A stretch of DNA of 32,000 nucleotides from Candidatus Saccharimonadota bacterium. GTDB taxonomy: Bacteria; Pseudomonadota; Gammaproteobacteria; Enterobacterales; Enterobacteriaceae. Position 1 is the first letter of the stretch. Every line of letters starts with the position of its first letter. The translations under genes and the position numbers were made by a program. Location: assembly GCF_000185985.2 (NCBI RefSeq), contig NC_014909.2, forward strand, positions 30,001-62,000, given 5' to 3'. Of the stretch, positions 18,379 to 28,064 are shown piece by piece. The notes beneath the pieces are model-generated. The model made no database searches, had not been told where the DNA came from, and was given only the letters and a program-made list of their open reading frames with translations.

Positions 18379-19041
18379 ATGATGGTGATACATAATTTAA
18401 TAGCAGGTTATTTTAATAGAAATGTTACTCCAATGATTAATGGATATATTAAGAGGGGTAGCATACTTACAGTTGTCGGATCTAATGGGGTAGGTAAATC
18501 CACATTTTTAAAGACATTAGCAGGATTATTACCTCCCAATTCGGGTAATTTAGAATTTTTGAAGGTAGAAAAACCTAGAATCATAGGGTATTTGCCTCAA
18601 AAAAAGAATATAGATTGTTATTTTCCAGTTACTGTATTTGATGTGGTAGCCATGGGTTGTTGGCCGAGAATAAATTTTTTAAAGAGAATTAATGACGAGC
18701 AGAAATATTTAATATGGAAAGCTTTAAAAAAGGTAAAGTTGTTAAATTTAATGCATCGATGTGTGCATAGTTTATCAGGTGGAGAATTTCAACGAATGCT
18801 TTTTGCAAGGATATTAGTGCAACAAGCCCAATTTATTTTATTAGATGAACCGTTACAAGGAATAGATCAGGAAACTTGTGAAATTTTTTTGAGTTCTATT
18901 AATCAAATGAGTCAATATGGATGTACTATAGTGATAGTATTACATGATAATCAGTTTGCATCTAAATATTTAGTGTACGATACTTTATTATTAACACAAT
19001 CAAATAGTATTTGGATTAAATCTAAAACGAATAGATGTTAA
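18379..19041 (+). CDS. Metal (Zn/Mn-family, ZnuC/YfeB-like) ABC transporter ATP-binding protein
   Basis: 220 aa. Walker A GSNGVGKST, Q-loop IGYLPQ, signature LSGGEFQRMLFARIL, Walker B FILLDEP, H-loop VLHD. The FPVTVFDVVAMG segment is typical of the metal-chelate/ABC-3-coupled ATPase family. It lacks the His-rich tail of E. coli ZnuC. Zn specificity is suggested only by the upstream Zur-like box. Confidence 0.85.
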   Translation: MMVIHNLIAGYFNRNVTPMINGYIKRGSILTVVGSNGVGKSTFLKTLAGLLPPNSGNLEFLKVEKPRIIGYLPQKKNIDCYFPVTVFDVVAMGCWPRINFLKRINDEQKYLIWKALKKVKLLNLMHRCVHSLSGGEFQRMLFARILVQQAQFILLDEPLQGIDQETCEIFLSSINQMSQYGCTIVIVLHDNQFASKYLVYDTLLLTQSNSIWIKSKTNRC

Positions 19042-19141
19042 TTTTTATTTTTATATTATGAATGTATACAATAAAAGTATATATATTGTTGTATATTTTA
19101 AAAATTAAAACATCTTAATAATAAAAAAGTTGGTTGTATAT

Positions 19142-20011
19142 ATGATATTACATATATTATTTGATCCTTTTATTTATTTTGAATTTATGCGTAAAGGAAT
19201 AGTGGCTTGTTGCGCTTTGTCTATTAGTATTACTCCAATAGGTAGTTTTTTATTATTAAAGAGAATGAGTTTAATAGGAGATGCATTATCTCATTCTATT
19301 TTACCTGGGGTTGCTATAGGGTATTTTTTTTCAGGTGTATCATTGGTTATGATGAATATAGGGGGTCTTATTTCAGGATTGATTGTTTCAATTTTATCGA
19401 TTTGGGTTAGTGAAAAAACGACATTACAACAGGATGCAAGTTTTTCTGGTTTTTGTATCGGTTTTTTAGCTTTAGGTGTAGTTTTAGTATCATTACAGAC
19501 ATCGAATATGGATTTATTAAATTTATTAGTTGGATCCATTTTATCTGTAAGTATGTTGCATATAAAATGTATTGGCGTGGTTAGTACGATAACTTTAATT
19601 AGTCTAGCATTATTTTACAGAGCTTTGATTATGGAATCGTTTGATCCTGATTTTTTTAAAACTAATAATGTTGTTGTATTTAAAAGTATTCAAATATTTT
19701 TTTTATTTATTGTGATGTTAAATTTAATAGCAAGTTTTCAAATTACTGGAACTTTAATGTCTGTTGGATTAATGATACTACCTAATTTATCTGCACAATA
19801 CTGGGTTCATAGTTTGATTCAGAGGTTATTATTATCTGTATGCATAGCGTTATTATGTTCTTGGATAGGATTATTAATTGCATTTTATATAGTTTTACCA
19901 GCAGGGCCTACTATTATATTGTGTATTAGTGTGTTTTTTTTATTTTCAGTTTTGTTTGGAAGAAATCATAGTGTTTTGTTTTCTATGTATTGGAAAGAAA
20001 AACAAGAGTAG
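19142..20011 (+). CDS. Metal (Zn/Mn-family, ZnuB/YfeC-like) ABC-3 transporter permease
   Basis: Polytopic membrane protein. It has ABC-3 family hallmarks: KRMSLIGDALSHSILPGVAIGY, SFDPDFFKT, LPAGPTIILC. The track ORF starts at TTG 19130. ATG 19142 (MILHILFDPF...) is preferred. Confidence 0.85.
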   Translation: MILHILFDPFIYFEFMRKGIVACCALSISITPIGSFLLLKRMSLIGDALSHSILPGVAIGYFFSGVSLVMMNIGGLISGLIVSILSIWVSEKTTLQQDASFSGFCIGFLALGVVLVSLQTSNMDLLNLLVGSILSVSMLHIKCIGVVSTITLISLALFYRALIMESFDPDFFKTNNVVVFKSIQIFFLFIVMLNLIASFQITGTLMSVGLMILPNLSAQYWVHSLIQRLLLSVCIALLCSWIGLLIAFYIVLPAGPTIILCISVFFLFSVLFGRNHSVLFSMYWKEKQE

Positions 20012-20518
20012 TGATAGTAATAAGAGAATACAAATATAGAGACTTTTTTATATACTAGTAGACGTTTAGTACTAATAAGTATTAAATGTGTATAAAAAGG
20101 TTTGAGGTATGAAATTTTTCAGATAATATAAAGTAATCTGGGTATTAAGCTATTGTTGTTTTGTTTATGTATGTGTTTTATTATATATTATTTAAGTGTA
20201 GTCTAATTTATAGAGGTGTATGCTATAAATAAACTTTATTTGCTGATTATTTATATAAATATAAAAAAATATGTGTAAAATTTGTTAAATAATTTTATTG
20301 GTTTTTAGAGTAAAATTTGTAATAAAAAGTGTTGAATATATATATAAATGCTTTATGGGATGATTTATAGGTTTCAAGTTATATAAATTTTGATTTTATA
20401 GAGAGTTGTTATCTTGAAATTGATAATTTCAAACTTTGTTTTATGGTAGGTGATATTTTTGGGGATTAAAACTCAGATGAAAAAATTATTTTTTATTTTA
20501 AATGATTTTGTTTATAAT

Positions 20519-21244
20519 TTATAGTGGGAATAAATTTCCTAGATATGTTTTTTGTACGTGTTTGTTATTTAAAATTTCTTGAGAAGTTCCATGTGCAATT
20601 AGTGTGCCTTGGTTCATAACATACGCCCGTTCACAAATACTTAATGTTGCCTGTACATTATGATCAGTAATTAATATTCCAAGTTTATAATGTTTTAGTT
20701 GTTTTATTATTTTTTGAATTTCTTTTATTGAAATTGGATCAACTCCAGCAAAGGGTTCATCAAGTAGTAAAAATTTCGGTTTAGCAACTAAAGCTCGTGC
20801 TATTTCTACGCGTTTTCGTTCTCCTCCAGATAAACTTTCTCCAATATTATTACTTAAATGTTGAATATTAAAATTTTTCATTAAGTTGATTATATGTTCG
20901 TAACGTGCGTTTTTGTTAGAATAAAAGTTCATTTGAGCAATGGCCATTAAATTGTCAAAAACAGTTAATTTTCTAAAGATTGAATTATCTTGAGGGAGAA
21001 AACCTATTCCTAATCGCGCTCTTGCATAAGTGGGTAGTTGACTAATATCTGTCTCGTTGAGAAAAATTTTTCCAGAATCATGTAATACGATACCTAATAT
21101 CATTTGAAAAGTTGTAGTTTTACCAGATCCATTAGGACCTAATAGCCCTACGATTTCTCCAGAATGTAAATATAAATCAGTATTATTCACTATACGTTTT
21201 TGTTTATACATTTTAGAAAGCTTTTGTATAATTAAAAATTCCAT
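20519..21244 (-). CDS. lptB: LPS export ABC transporter ATPase LptB (YhbG)
   Basis: 241 aa, collinear with recalled E. coli LptB. Motifs: GEIVGLLGPNGSGKTTTF, IGFLPQDNSIFRKLTVFDNLMA, SLSGGERKRVEIARAL, LLLDEPFAGVDPIS, ITDHNV, YLG..F. Conserved lptC-lptA-lptB order. Confidence 0.96.
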   Translation of the reverse strand: MEFLIIQKLSKMYKQKRIVNNTDLYLHSGEIVGLLGPNGSGKTTTFQMILGIVLHDSGKIFLNETDISQLPTYARARLGIGFLPQDNSIFRKLTVFDNLMAIAQMNFYSNKNARYEHIINLMKNFNIQHLSNNIGESLSGGERKRVEIARALVAKPKFLLLDEPFAGVDPISIKEIQKIIKQLKHYKLGILITDHNVQATLSICERAYVMNQGTLIAHGTSQEILNNKHVQKTYLGNLFPL

Positions 21245-21318
21245 TGATGTATTATAGGAAAAATTATGTATTTGCTCAATAAATAGTCAGTTATTTTCAT
21301 ATTTTTTTATTATTAATA

Positions 21319-21834
21319 TTATGAAGGATGTATTACTAAAATTGCAGTAGTATTTCCATTTGTGTTAGAAGTAGCTTGAATTTTTTTTTCATTTATAGAA
21401 TACACAATATTATCGCTATGTATAGAATTACCTAATTGCTTTATGTAAACATTTCCGTTGAAAATAATTGAATTATTCTCAATATCATAACATATAGTAT
21501 TTGCCTGAGCGGATGTAATAATATCACTAGTTTTTTTTTGAGTATTCTGAAAAATAACTGGGTGCCCGTATGCCTTAATACATTTTATTAACTTATAATT
21601 ATTTGTATTGTGATTAATGATGATTTTATCAGCACATAATCTAATATTTTTGTATTTCAGAACGACATGATCTTTGAATATAATTATATTTTCTGGTGTA
21701 TTAATAAGTTGTGAAGTGGAGTGAATTTCTATTGATTGGTTGTTAGAATTAGCTATTTTTTCTAAAGTAGATAGTAGTATGTTTATTAATATAAATAGTA
21801 TTATTTGATATGGTTTAAATTTATTTATATTCAT
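21319..21834 (-). CDS. lptA: LPS transport periplasmic protein LptA (YhbN)
   Basis: Signal-peptide-like N-terminus (MNINKFKPYQIILFILINILL). An OstA-like beta-rich body includes the conserved IEIHS..Q (E. coli IHIESDQQ) and ...ITYLV/IVYSINEKK...A region. The track ORF begins at TTG 21855, and ATG 21834 fits the E. coli N-terminus better. Either start overlaps the lptC 3' end. Confidence 0.85.
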   Translation of the reverse strand: MNINKFKPYQIILFILINILLSTLEKIANSNNQSIEIHSTSQLINTPENIIIFKDHVVLKYKNIRLCADKIIINHNTNNYKLIKCIKAYGHPVIFQNTQKKTSDIITSAQANTICYDIENNSIIFNGNVYIKQLGNSIHSDNIVYSINEKKIQATSNTNGNTTAILVIHPS

Positions 21835-22423
21835 ATTGAGTATATGTACTGTCAAATAGTTTTATTTGTTTTGTGTTTAATTTAGCACTCATTTTAGTTC
21901 CAATAGAGTAAAAACAGCTTCCGTGCACAATAGTTTTATTATTTGAAAGCATATTTTGTTTTATTAAATTGATTGATATTTGGTTTGTGATGATAGATTG
22001 AGTATCACGTGTATTTTGCATTATTTTATTAATAGAAACGTATCCAGTTAGATTTAATATTTTTTTATAATTTAATTGGGCTTTATTACATTTTATAGTC
22101 CATATTATGATATTTTTTTTATTAAATATAGTAATATTAGGTTGAGTAAATTCAATTATTTGTGTATTTGGATAACATTGAATATAGGTTGCAGTTAACT
22201 TAAATTTAAGATTTCCAATAGCATTGTATGAGTAAAGAATTATTTCATTGCTATGATGAGCGTTAGTAGCATAATTTAATGAGGAGATATTTCTTTGTAT
22301 TGTTGATTGACTTGTATTTAAGTAAAAGTAACATATACAGATTAATATTAATAAATTTTTTAAAAGAATGCATTTAAGATCATTTCCGAGGTTTTTTTTG
22401 TTTTTTACTTTAAAAAATACCAT
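21821..22423 (-). CDS. lptC: LPS export system anchor protein LptC (YrbK)
   Basis: 200 aa with a single N-terminal TM (LLKNLLILICICYFYL) followed by a beta-rich periplasmic domain. It lies immediately upstream of, and overlaps, lptA, matching the E. coli lptC-lptA-lptB operon. Sequence similarity is weak, so the call rests mainly on architecture and synteny. Confidence 0.78.
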   Translation of the reverse strand: MVFFKVKNKKNLGNDLKCILLKNLLILICICYFYLNTSQSTIQRNISSLNYATNAHHSNEIILYSYNAIGNLKFKLTATYIQCYPNTQIIEFTQPNITIFNKKNIIIWTIKCNKAQLNYKKILNLTGYVSINKIMQNTRDTQSIITNQISINLIKQNMLSNNKTIVHGSCFYSIGTKMSAKLNTKQIKLFDSTYTQYEYK

Positions 22424-22843
22424 TTTTGTATTAAATTGAATGAAGGTAATAGTTTAATTTAAATATTTTTATTTTTGATATTTTATTGCTTGTGTATATT
22501 TATGCTATAATAATATAATATATGTTCATTGCATGATTATTATGAAAGCGTATAAATTCATTGATCGAATCATATAATATTCCTTGTATTATGTATTTCT
22601 TTTTAAAATTAAGTATGATAATTTAGTCTATTGTTTTGATATTTAATTGAATAAAATATTGTTATATAGTAATTTATTTTTTGATGAAATTTAGTTCATT
22701 TAATAAAAATACATTACGTAGAAATTAGAAATTTAGATTGTAAGATATTGTTATATATTCAAAATATTCAAATAAAATATTTATTAACATTTATTATGAT
22801 ATAATGTCAGGTTACATATATGATATTAGTAGTTTAATAAGGA

Positions 22844-23104
22844 ATGAATGCGGATAAAATCAAAGAAATATTGTTAAGTTGCTTAAATTTAAGCGAGGTG
22901 TATGTTGCTTTCGATTATCATGGGCATTGTCAAATAATTGCCATAGGTTCTATGTTTATAGAGAAGAATAAATTAGAACGACATAAGATTGTATATGCTC
23001 CACTTAAGCAGTATATTACATATAATAAGATTCATTCTTTATCTATTTATGCTTTTAGTCTGAATGAATGGGATATAAATAAAAAATTTTATAATGTAAA
23101 ATAG
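22844..23104 (+). CDS. ibaG: BolA-family protein IbaG (YrbA)
   Basis: 86 aa. ...LSEVYVAFDYHGHCQIIAIGSMF, VYAPLKQYI..NKIHSLSIYAFSLNEW aligns with recalled E. coli IbaG ([49 protein letters not shown]). It sits directly upstream of murA, as in E. coli. AAGGA SD lies 6 nt upstream. Confidence 0.87.
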   Translation: MNADKIKEILLSCLNLSEVYVAFDYHGHCQIIAIGSMFIEKNKLERHKIVYAPLKQYITYNKIHSLSIYAFSLNEWDINKKFYNVK

Positions 23105-23180
23105 TGTTACGATATCTATCGTATAGTATAGGCGACATTATAAGGGTGATTGTTATTCAAATAAAATTACAATGTGAAAA

Positions 23181-24446
23181 ATGGATAAGTTTTACATTCA
23201 AGGGCCTACTACGTTAAGTGGAGAAGTAGTTATATCAGGAGCTAAAAATTCTGCTCTTCCTATTTTATTTGCTACGCTTTTGACTGAAGAACCTGTAGAA
23301 ATTTTTAATGTTCCTAGATTAAAAGATATCGATTCTGCTATTGAATTGTTAAATTATTTAGGAGCTCAAGTAGAACATCAAGATGTCATAGTATTTTCTG
23401 ATACTAGTAAAGTACATACTTATTATTGTGCTCCATATGATTTAGTAAAGTCAATAAGAGCGTCTATTTGGATATTAGGACCATTAGTGGCTAGGTTTGG
23501 GCATGGTGAAATTTGGTTGCCAGGCGGATGTTCTATTGGTAAAAGATTAATAGATTTGCATATTGATGGATTAGAAAAATTAGGAGCCAAAATAATAATA
23601 GAAAAAGAATATGTTATAGCTTCTGTTAATGGCAGGTTACGTGGTGCTCATATTATTATGAATAAGATTAGTGTAGGAGCAACAGTGACTGTCATGAGTG
23701 CTGCTGCATTAGCTGAAGGGATTACAGTTATTGATAATGCTGCGCGTGAACCGGAAGTTGTTGATACCGCTAATTTTTTAATTATGTTAGGTACTAAAAT
23801 TATAGGGGCAGGTAGTAGTAGAATTATTATTGAAGGAGTTCAAAAATTAAAAGGAGGTAAGTATCATATTATTCCTGATAGAATTGAGACTGGTACATTT
23901 TTAGTTGCAGCAGCTATTTCTCGTTCACATGTGATATGTTTAAAATCTAATCCAAATTTTTTAAAATTAGTTTTGCAAAAGCTTCGGGAGTCTGGAGCAG
24001 AGATTAATACTGGTAAGGATTGGATTAGCTTAAATATGCACGGTAGACGACCGAAAGCTATTGGGGTGTACACGAGCCCGTATCCTGGATTTCCTACTGA
24101 TATGCAAGCACAATTTACTTTATTAAATATAGTTTCAAAGGGAATAGGTAAAATAACAGAAACTATTTTTGAAAATAGATTTATGCATGTTCCAGAATTG
24201 ATTAGAATGGGGGCTAAAGTTCAAGTATTAAATAATACAATTATATGTTATGGAGTTGATTCATTAGTAGGTACTCAAGTAATATCGACAGACTTGAGGT
24301 CAGCGGCAAGTTTAATATTAGCTGGGTGTATCGCTCAAGGGGTAACTGTAATTGATTGTATTTCTCATGTTGATCGAGGATATGATCGAATTGAAAAAAA
24401 GTTAAAAAGCATGGGGGCTTGTATTCAACGTATTACTGATACATAA
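23181..24446 (+). CDS. murA: UDP-N-acetylglucosamine 1-carboxyvinyltransferase
   Basis: 421 aa, collinear with E. coli Mur[35 protein letters not shown], active-site Cys loop [41 protein letters not shown]. Confidence 0.97.
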   Translation: MDKFYIQGPTTLSGEVVISGAKNSALPILFATLLTEEPVEIFNVPRLKDIDSAIELLNYLGAQVEHQDVIVFSDTSKVHTYYCAPYDLVKSIRASIWILGPLVARFGHGEIWLPGGCSIGKRLIDLHIDGLEKLGAKIIIEKEYVIASVNGRLRGAHIIMNKISVGATVTVMSAAALAEGITVIDNAAREPEVVDTANFLIMLGTKIIGAGSSRIIIEGVQKLKGGKYHIIPDRIETGTFLVAAAISRSHVICLKSNPNFLKLVLQKLRESGAEINTGKDWISLNMHGRRPKAIGVYTSPYPGFPTDMQAQFTLLNIVSKGIGKITETIFENRFMHVPELIRMGAKVQVLNNTIICYGVDSLVGTQVISTDLRSAASLILAGCIAQGVTVIDCISHVDRGYDRIEKKLKSMGACIQRITDT

Positions 24447-24585
24447 AATAGTATTATGTAAATAAACGAATACAATATGTTTATTAGAGTTTTATATTAC
24501 TACGAAATCAAATAATTTTATAATATTGTTCTATACTATAATATTTTGTACAGAATTGATGATTTTAATTTTTGATTATCATTGG

Positions 24586-25995
24586 CTATCTCAATAATAA
24601 AAAAATACTGGTGTCTCTTCGAATAATATTAAGGGCCATTACTGTTGGTTTTTCTTTTAATAGTTTACGTAATTGAGATAAGTTATGTATTCTGGTTCTA
24701 TTTAAGCCAATAATGATGTCTCCTTTTTGTAATCCTATTGAAGAAGCGGGAGAATCTTTCATTACATCTTCTACTTTTACTCCCTTCGTGCCATCTTTTA
24801 AATATCCATTACTTAAAGAAGCTCCTTGCAAAGCTGGAGTTAATATTTCTTCACTGGTGCTAACACAGGTGCTATCATCTAATAAAACAGAAACTATATG
24901 TGTTTTACCGTCTCTTAATAGTCCTATTTTAATAGTTTTACCTGGAGTGGTAGTTCCTACTTTTACTCTTAATTCTGCAAAATTTTTTATTGGTTTGCCT
25001 TCTATGGACACGATTATATCTCCTGCTTTAATACGAGCTTTAGCAGCTGCAGATCCTGGTAAAACTTCGCTAACAAACGCGCCTCTTTGTATATCAATAT
25101 TAAATGCTTTAGCAATATCAGCTGTTAATTCTGTGCCTTTAATTCCTAATTGACCTCTTTTTACTTCTCCAAATTCAATTAATTGTTGGCTTAAAGTTTT
25201 AACTATGTTGCTAGGAATAGCAAATCCAATTCCAACATTTCCACCTCCGGGGGCTAGAATAGCAGTATTAATCCCAATTAATTCACCATTTAAGTTGACT
25301 AGTGCGCCTCCGGAATTTCCTCGATTTATGGAAGCATCAGTTTGGATAAAATTTTCTAGTCCTTCAAGATTTAAACCGCTTCTCCCTAATGCGGAAATAA
25401 TACCTGAAGTTGCAGTTTGACCTAATCCAAAAGGATTGCCTATAGCAACAGCGACATCTCCAACTTTTAAGGTATCAGAATCTGCTATTTTTATTTCAGA
25501 CAAATTTTTATTAAATTTTAATATTTGTAGTAATGCTAAGTCAGTTTGTTCATCATGACCTATTATTTTTGCTTTATATTCTTTTCCATCATTAAGTTGA
25601 ATTGTAATTTTATCAGCTTCATTTACAACATGATTATTAGTAATAATGTAGCCTTTGTTAGCATTAATAATAACTCCTGATCCTAATCCTTCAAATGGTT
25701 TAGTTCCAAAATTTCCACCAGGAGGAAGGTCTGGTCCAAAGAAGTATCTAAATTCTTTAGGTAAAGTTAATCGTTTTACAGGTTGTGTACCTTCTACGTG
25801 TATGCTTACTACAGTCGGAAGCACTTTATCTAGCATTGGAGCTAAACTGGTAGGCATTGAAGAATGTGATGTGTCTGAAAATAATATATTATAATGATAA
25901 GTACAAGGTGTGAAATTTGTAATAATCTCCAATCCCAATATTATACCTAATGTAATTATTGAATTTTGTATTATTTTCATAAATAAATGATTCAT
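24586..25995 (-). CDS. degQ: Periplasmic serine endoprotease, DegP/DegQ (HtrA) family
   Basis: 469 aa with a signal peptide. Trypsin-like triad contexts TNNHVV (His), DLALLQ (Asp) and GNSGGALVN (Ser), followed by two PDZ domains. LAPMLDKVLPTVVSIHVEG matches the recalled DegQ LAPMLEKVLPAVVSVRVEG. Adjacency to yhcB/rplM-rpsI favours degQ over degP. An alternative start is ATG 25980. Confidence 0.88.
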   Translation of the reverse strand: MNHLFMKIIQNSIITLGIILGLEIITNFTPCTYHYNILFSDTSHSSMPTSLAPMLDKVLPTVVSIHVEGTQPVKRLTLPKEFRYFFGPDLPPGGNFGTKPFEGLGSGVIINANKGYIITNNHVVNEADKITIQLNDGKEYKAKIIGHDEQTDLALLQILKFNKNLSEIKIADSDTLKVGDVAVAIGNPFGLGQTATSGIISALGRSGLNLEGLENFIQTDASINRGNSGGALVNLNGELIGINTAILAPGGGNVGIGFAIPSNIVKTLSQQLIEFGEVKRGQLGIKGTELTADIAKAFNIDIQRGAFVSEVLPGSAAAKARIKAGDIIVSIEGKPIKNFAELRVKVGTTTPGKTIKIGLLRDGKTHIVSVLLDDSTCVSTSEEILTPALQGASLSNGYLKDGTKGVKVEDVMKDSPASSIGLQKGDIIIGLNRTRIHNLSQLRKLLKEKPTVMALNIIRRDTSIFLLLR

Positions 25996-26193
25996 TATTT
26001 GTATTTAGTTAGGTCAAGAATTATATTTAGATATTATTTTATCAAAATAAAATGTTAATTTATAATCAAAGTTATATATTTATTATATTTAAATTATCTA
26101 TAACCTTTTTAAGATTGTACAAAGTTTATATAGTTTGATGAAAATAGTTTTGTAAGGGTTATTATGTATATTATTTCGATATTTATCGTAAAA

Positions 26194-26595
26194 TTATATT
26201 TTTTCTTGTTCATTTTGTGCATTTACATCATCTGAATAATCTCGAGGAGCCTCGGTAGTTAAATGTTTTTTATGTTGTATGTTTATATTTTGCGCATGGT
26301 CAGAGTATACATTTTCTTGATTATATACATTAGGTAAAAAAAAATTGGCATTTTTTGTGATATTTTGGTATAAATTTTGGTAATTTTCTGAAATTTTATT
26401 TAGTAATTTTATGTTATATTCAAAATGTGTTTTGAGTTTGTTTTGATATGTATTTAATTTCATTTTATTATTTTGTAGTTCGTTGTATAAAGTTTTTTGA
26501 TTATTTAATAAATTTCGATCTCTATAGTACATGAAAATAATTCCTGTGATATTTCCTATTAGAAAACTTAAAAGTATTACAATAATCCAAATCAT
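26194..26595 (-). CDS. yhcB: Inner-membrane cell-envelope/division protein YhcB (ZapG)
   Basis: 133 aa with an N-terminal TM helix and then a coiled-coil. L.YEL..NK..L..Y...L..HF and Y..LYQ......LP and PRDYS match the recalled 132-aa E. coli YhcB. It lies between degQ and rplM, as in E. coli. Confidence 0.85.
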   Translation of the reverse strand: MIWIIVILLSFLIGNITGIIFMYYRDRNLLNNQKTLYNELQNNKMKLNTYQNKLKTHFEYNIKLLNKISENYQNLYQNITKNANFFLPNVYNQENVYSDHAQNINIQHKKHLTTEAPRDYSDDVNAQNEQEKI

Positions 26596-27050
26596 AATTT
26601 TAATCTCCTTTTTTTACTTTAATTGTTATAATTTTGTTTGTAGTAATCATTATTTAATAAATTAGAGAACATATTATATATTATTTTTGTGTTAAGTTTT
26701 TTATTAATTATATCGATAATGTGTATATATTAAAATATTGATTCTTATTGATTTAAAATCTATCATAAAGCAGATAGAAAATATTGTGTATATAACGTGT
26801 TATATTGTATATATAATGATATGATGCTAAAATTAGAATAGTGTGTTTGTTGGTTTGTTAGGTTTTTGAAAAAATATTTTAGCCCATAAGAAAGATATTG
26901 AGTCTGTTTATTGTATGAAAAACGTGTATGTATTTCACAGATTTGTTATAGTGGATAAATACGTAGTTTTCATGAATTATGTTGTATAATATAATAAAGT
27001 TTAGTGTGGTGTAATTTATAATTTGCATTGAAATAGTAAAGTGATATTAC

Positions 27051-27488
27051 ATGGAGATAAAGGTTGGTATGAGACAATCAAAGATTATAAAAAGAGAGTG
27101 GTATGTTGTAGATGCTACTGATAAAGTACTTGGGAGATTGTCTAGTAAAGTAGCTATGTATTTGATTGGAAAACATAAAATTGAGTATGCTCCGTATTTT
27201 GATGTTGGAGATTATATTATTATTATTAATTCAAAAAAAATTTACGTGAGTGGACGTAAATATGAAAATAAAATTTATTATAGGCATACGGGTTATGTAG
27301 GTGGTATTAAAAGTTTAAAATTTAAAGAGCTTATTTCTATAAATTCTAATAAAGTAATTGAAAATTCAGTAAAGGGAATGTTACCTAAGAATAAATTGGG
27401 TCGTGTGATGTTTCGTAGATTAAAAGTTTATACAAGTACTGTTCATAATCATGAAGCACAATCTCCGAAATTTTTACAGATTAGTTAG
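27051..27488 (+). CDS. rplM: 50S ribosomal protein L13
   Basis: [18 protein letters not shown]..., [57 protein letters not shown] are collinear with E. coli L13. The start may instead be ATG 27069, which has GGAG 13 nt upstream. Confidence 0.96.
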   Translation: MEIKVGMRQSKIIKREWYVVDATDKVLGRLSSKVAMYLIGKHKIEYAPYFDVGDYIIIINSKKIYVSGRKYENKIYYRHTGYVGGIKSLKFKELISINSNKVIENSVKGMLPKNKLGRVMFRRLKVYTSTVHNHEAQSPKFLQIS

Positions 27489-27511
27489 TATATCATTGGG
27501 GATATTTAATT

Positions 27512-27910
27512 TTGAATATAATATGTAATCAGTTTTATGGGACTGGAAGAAGAAAAAGTGCTTCTGCTAGAGTATTTTTGAAATTGGGGGTTGGTAAAAT
27601 AATCATAAATAATCGTTCGTTAGATAATTATTTTCCTAAAATCAGCGAACAGGTGATGATAAAAAAACCATTAGAAGTGACTAAATTATTAGATTCTTTA
27701 GATGTGTACATTACCGTAACAGGAGGAGGAGTTTCAGGCCAATCTGGAGCAATATGTCATGGGGTTACTCGGGCGTTATTAAAATATGATGAAAAATTGA
27801 AAGTTTTATTGCGTTCTTCAGGATTGTTAACTAGAGATTCTAGAATAGTAGAAAGAAAGAAAATTGGATTTCGTAAATCGAGAAGGAGACCTCAATTTTC
27901 TAAGCGTTAA
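27512..27910 (+). CDS. rpsI: 30S ribosomal protein S9
   Basis: [34 protein letters not shown] and [18 protein letters not shown] are collinear with E. coli S9. TTG is the only plausible start (no in-frame ATG), with GGGGA roughly 10 nt upstream. Confidence 0.96.
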   Translation: MNIICNQFYGTGRRKSASARVFLKLGVGKIIINNRSLDNYFPKISEQVMIKKPLEVTKLLDSLDVYITVTGGGVSGQSGAICHGVTRALLKYDEKLKVLLRSSGLLTRDSRIVERKKIGFRKSRRRPQFSKR

Positions 27911-28064
27911 TATAGAGGGAGCCAATAAAAAGTATTTAATTATGATTATTTAATTTGATATTTATAAATAAATTAAATAGATTGAATAAAGGTTCAAAGT
28001 TTTGATGATGTATATAGAAATAAAAGTGGTTTGAATAGTTGTAAATAATGAGTATATAAAAAAT

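Noticed and set aside
22797-22805. Sigma-70-like promoter elements: TGaTATAAT extended -10 before ibaG, TGcTATAAT at 22503-22511, and TTGAAA-N17-TAAAAT at 2606-2634 upstream of ssb
   Set aside because: They are not reported as features because TATAAT-like hexamers occur constantly in DNA that is over 70% A/T. Without TSS data I cannot separate real promoters from background.
24713-25894. Three consecutive plus-strand ORFs (146, 71 and 79 aa) antisense to degQ, which together look like a long hidden gene
   Set aside because: They lie entirely within the well-supported degQ CDS on the opposite strand. They have low-complexity P/S/A/L-rich translations with no recognisable motif, and stops interrupt them. 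This is a typical shadow frame of a relatively GC-rich, Gly/Ala-rich gene.
26791-26804. TATAAC-gt-GTTATA dyad upstream of rplM that superficially resembles Zur-box half-sites
   Set aside because: The half-sites are in the opposite order (TATAAC...GTTATA rather than GTTATA...TATAAC), the spacing is wrong, and the arms are only 6 bp. It does not match the Zur consensus.
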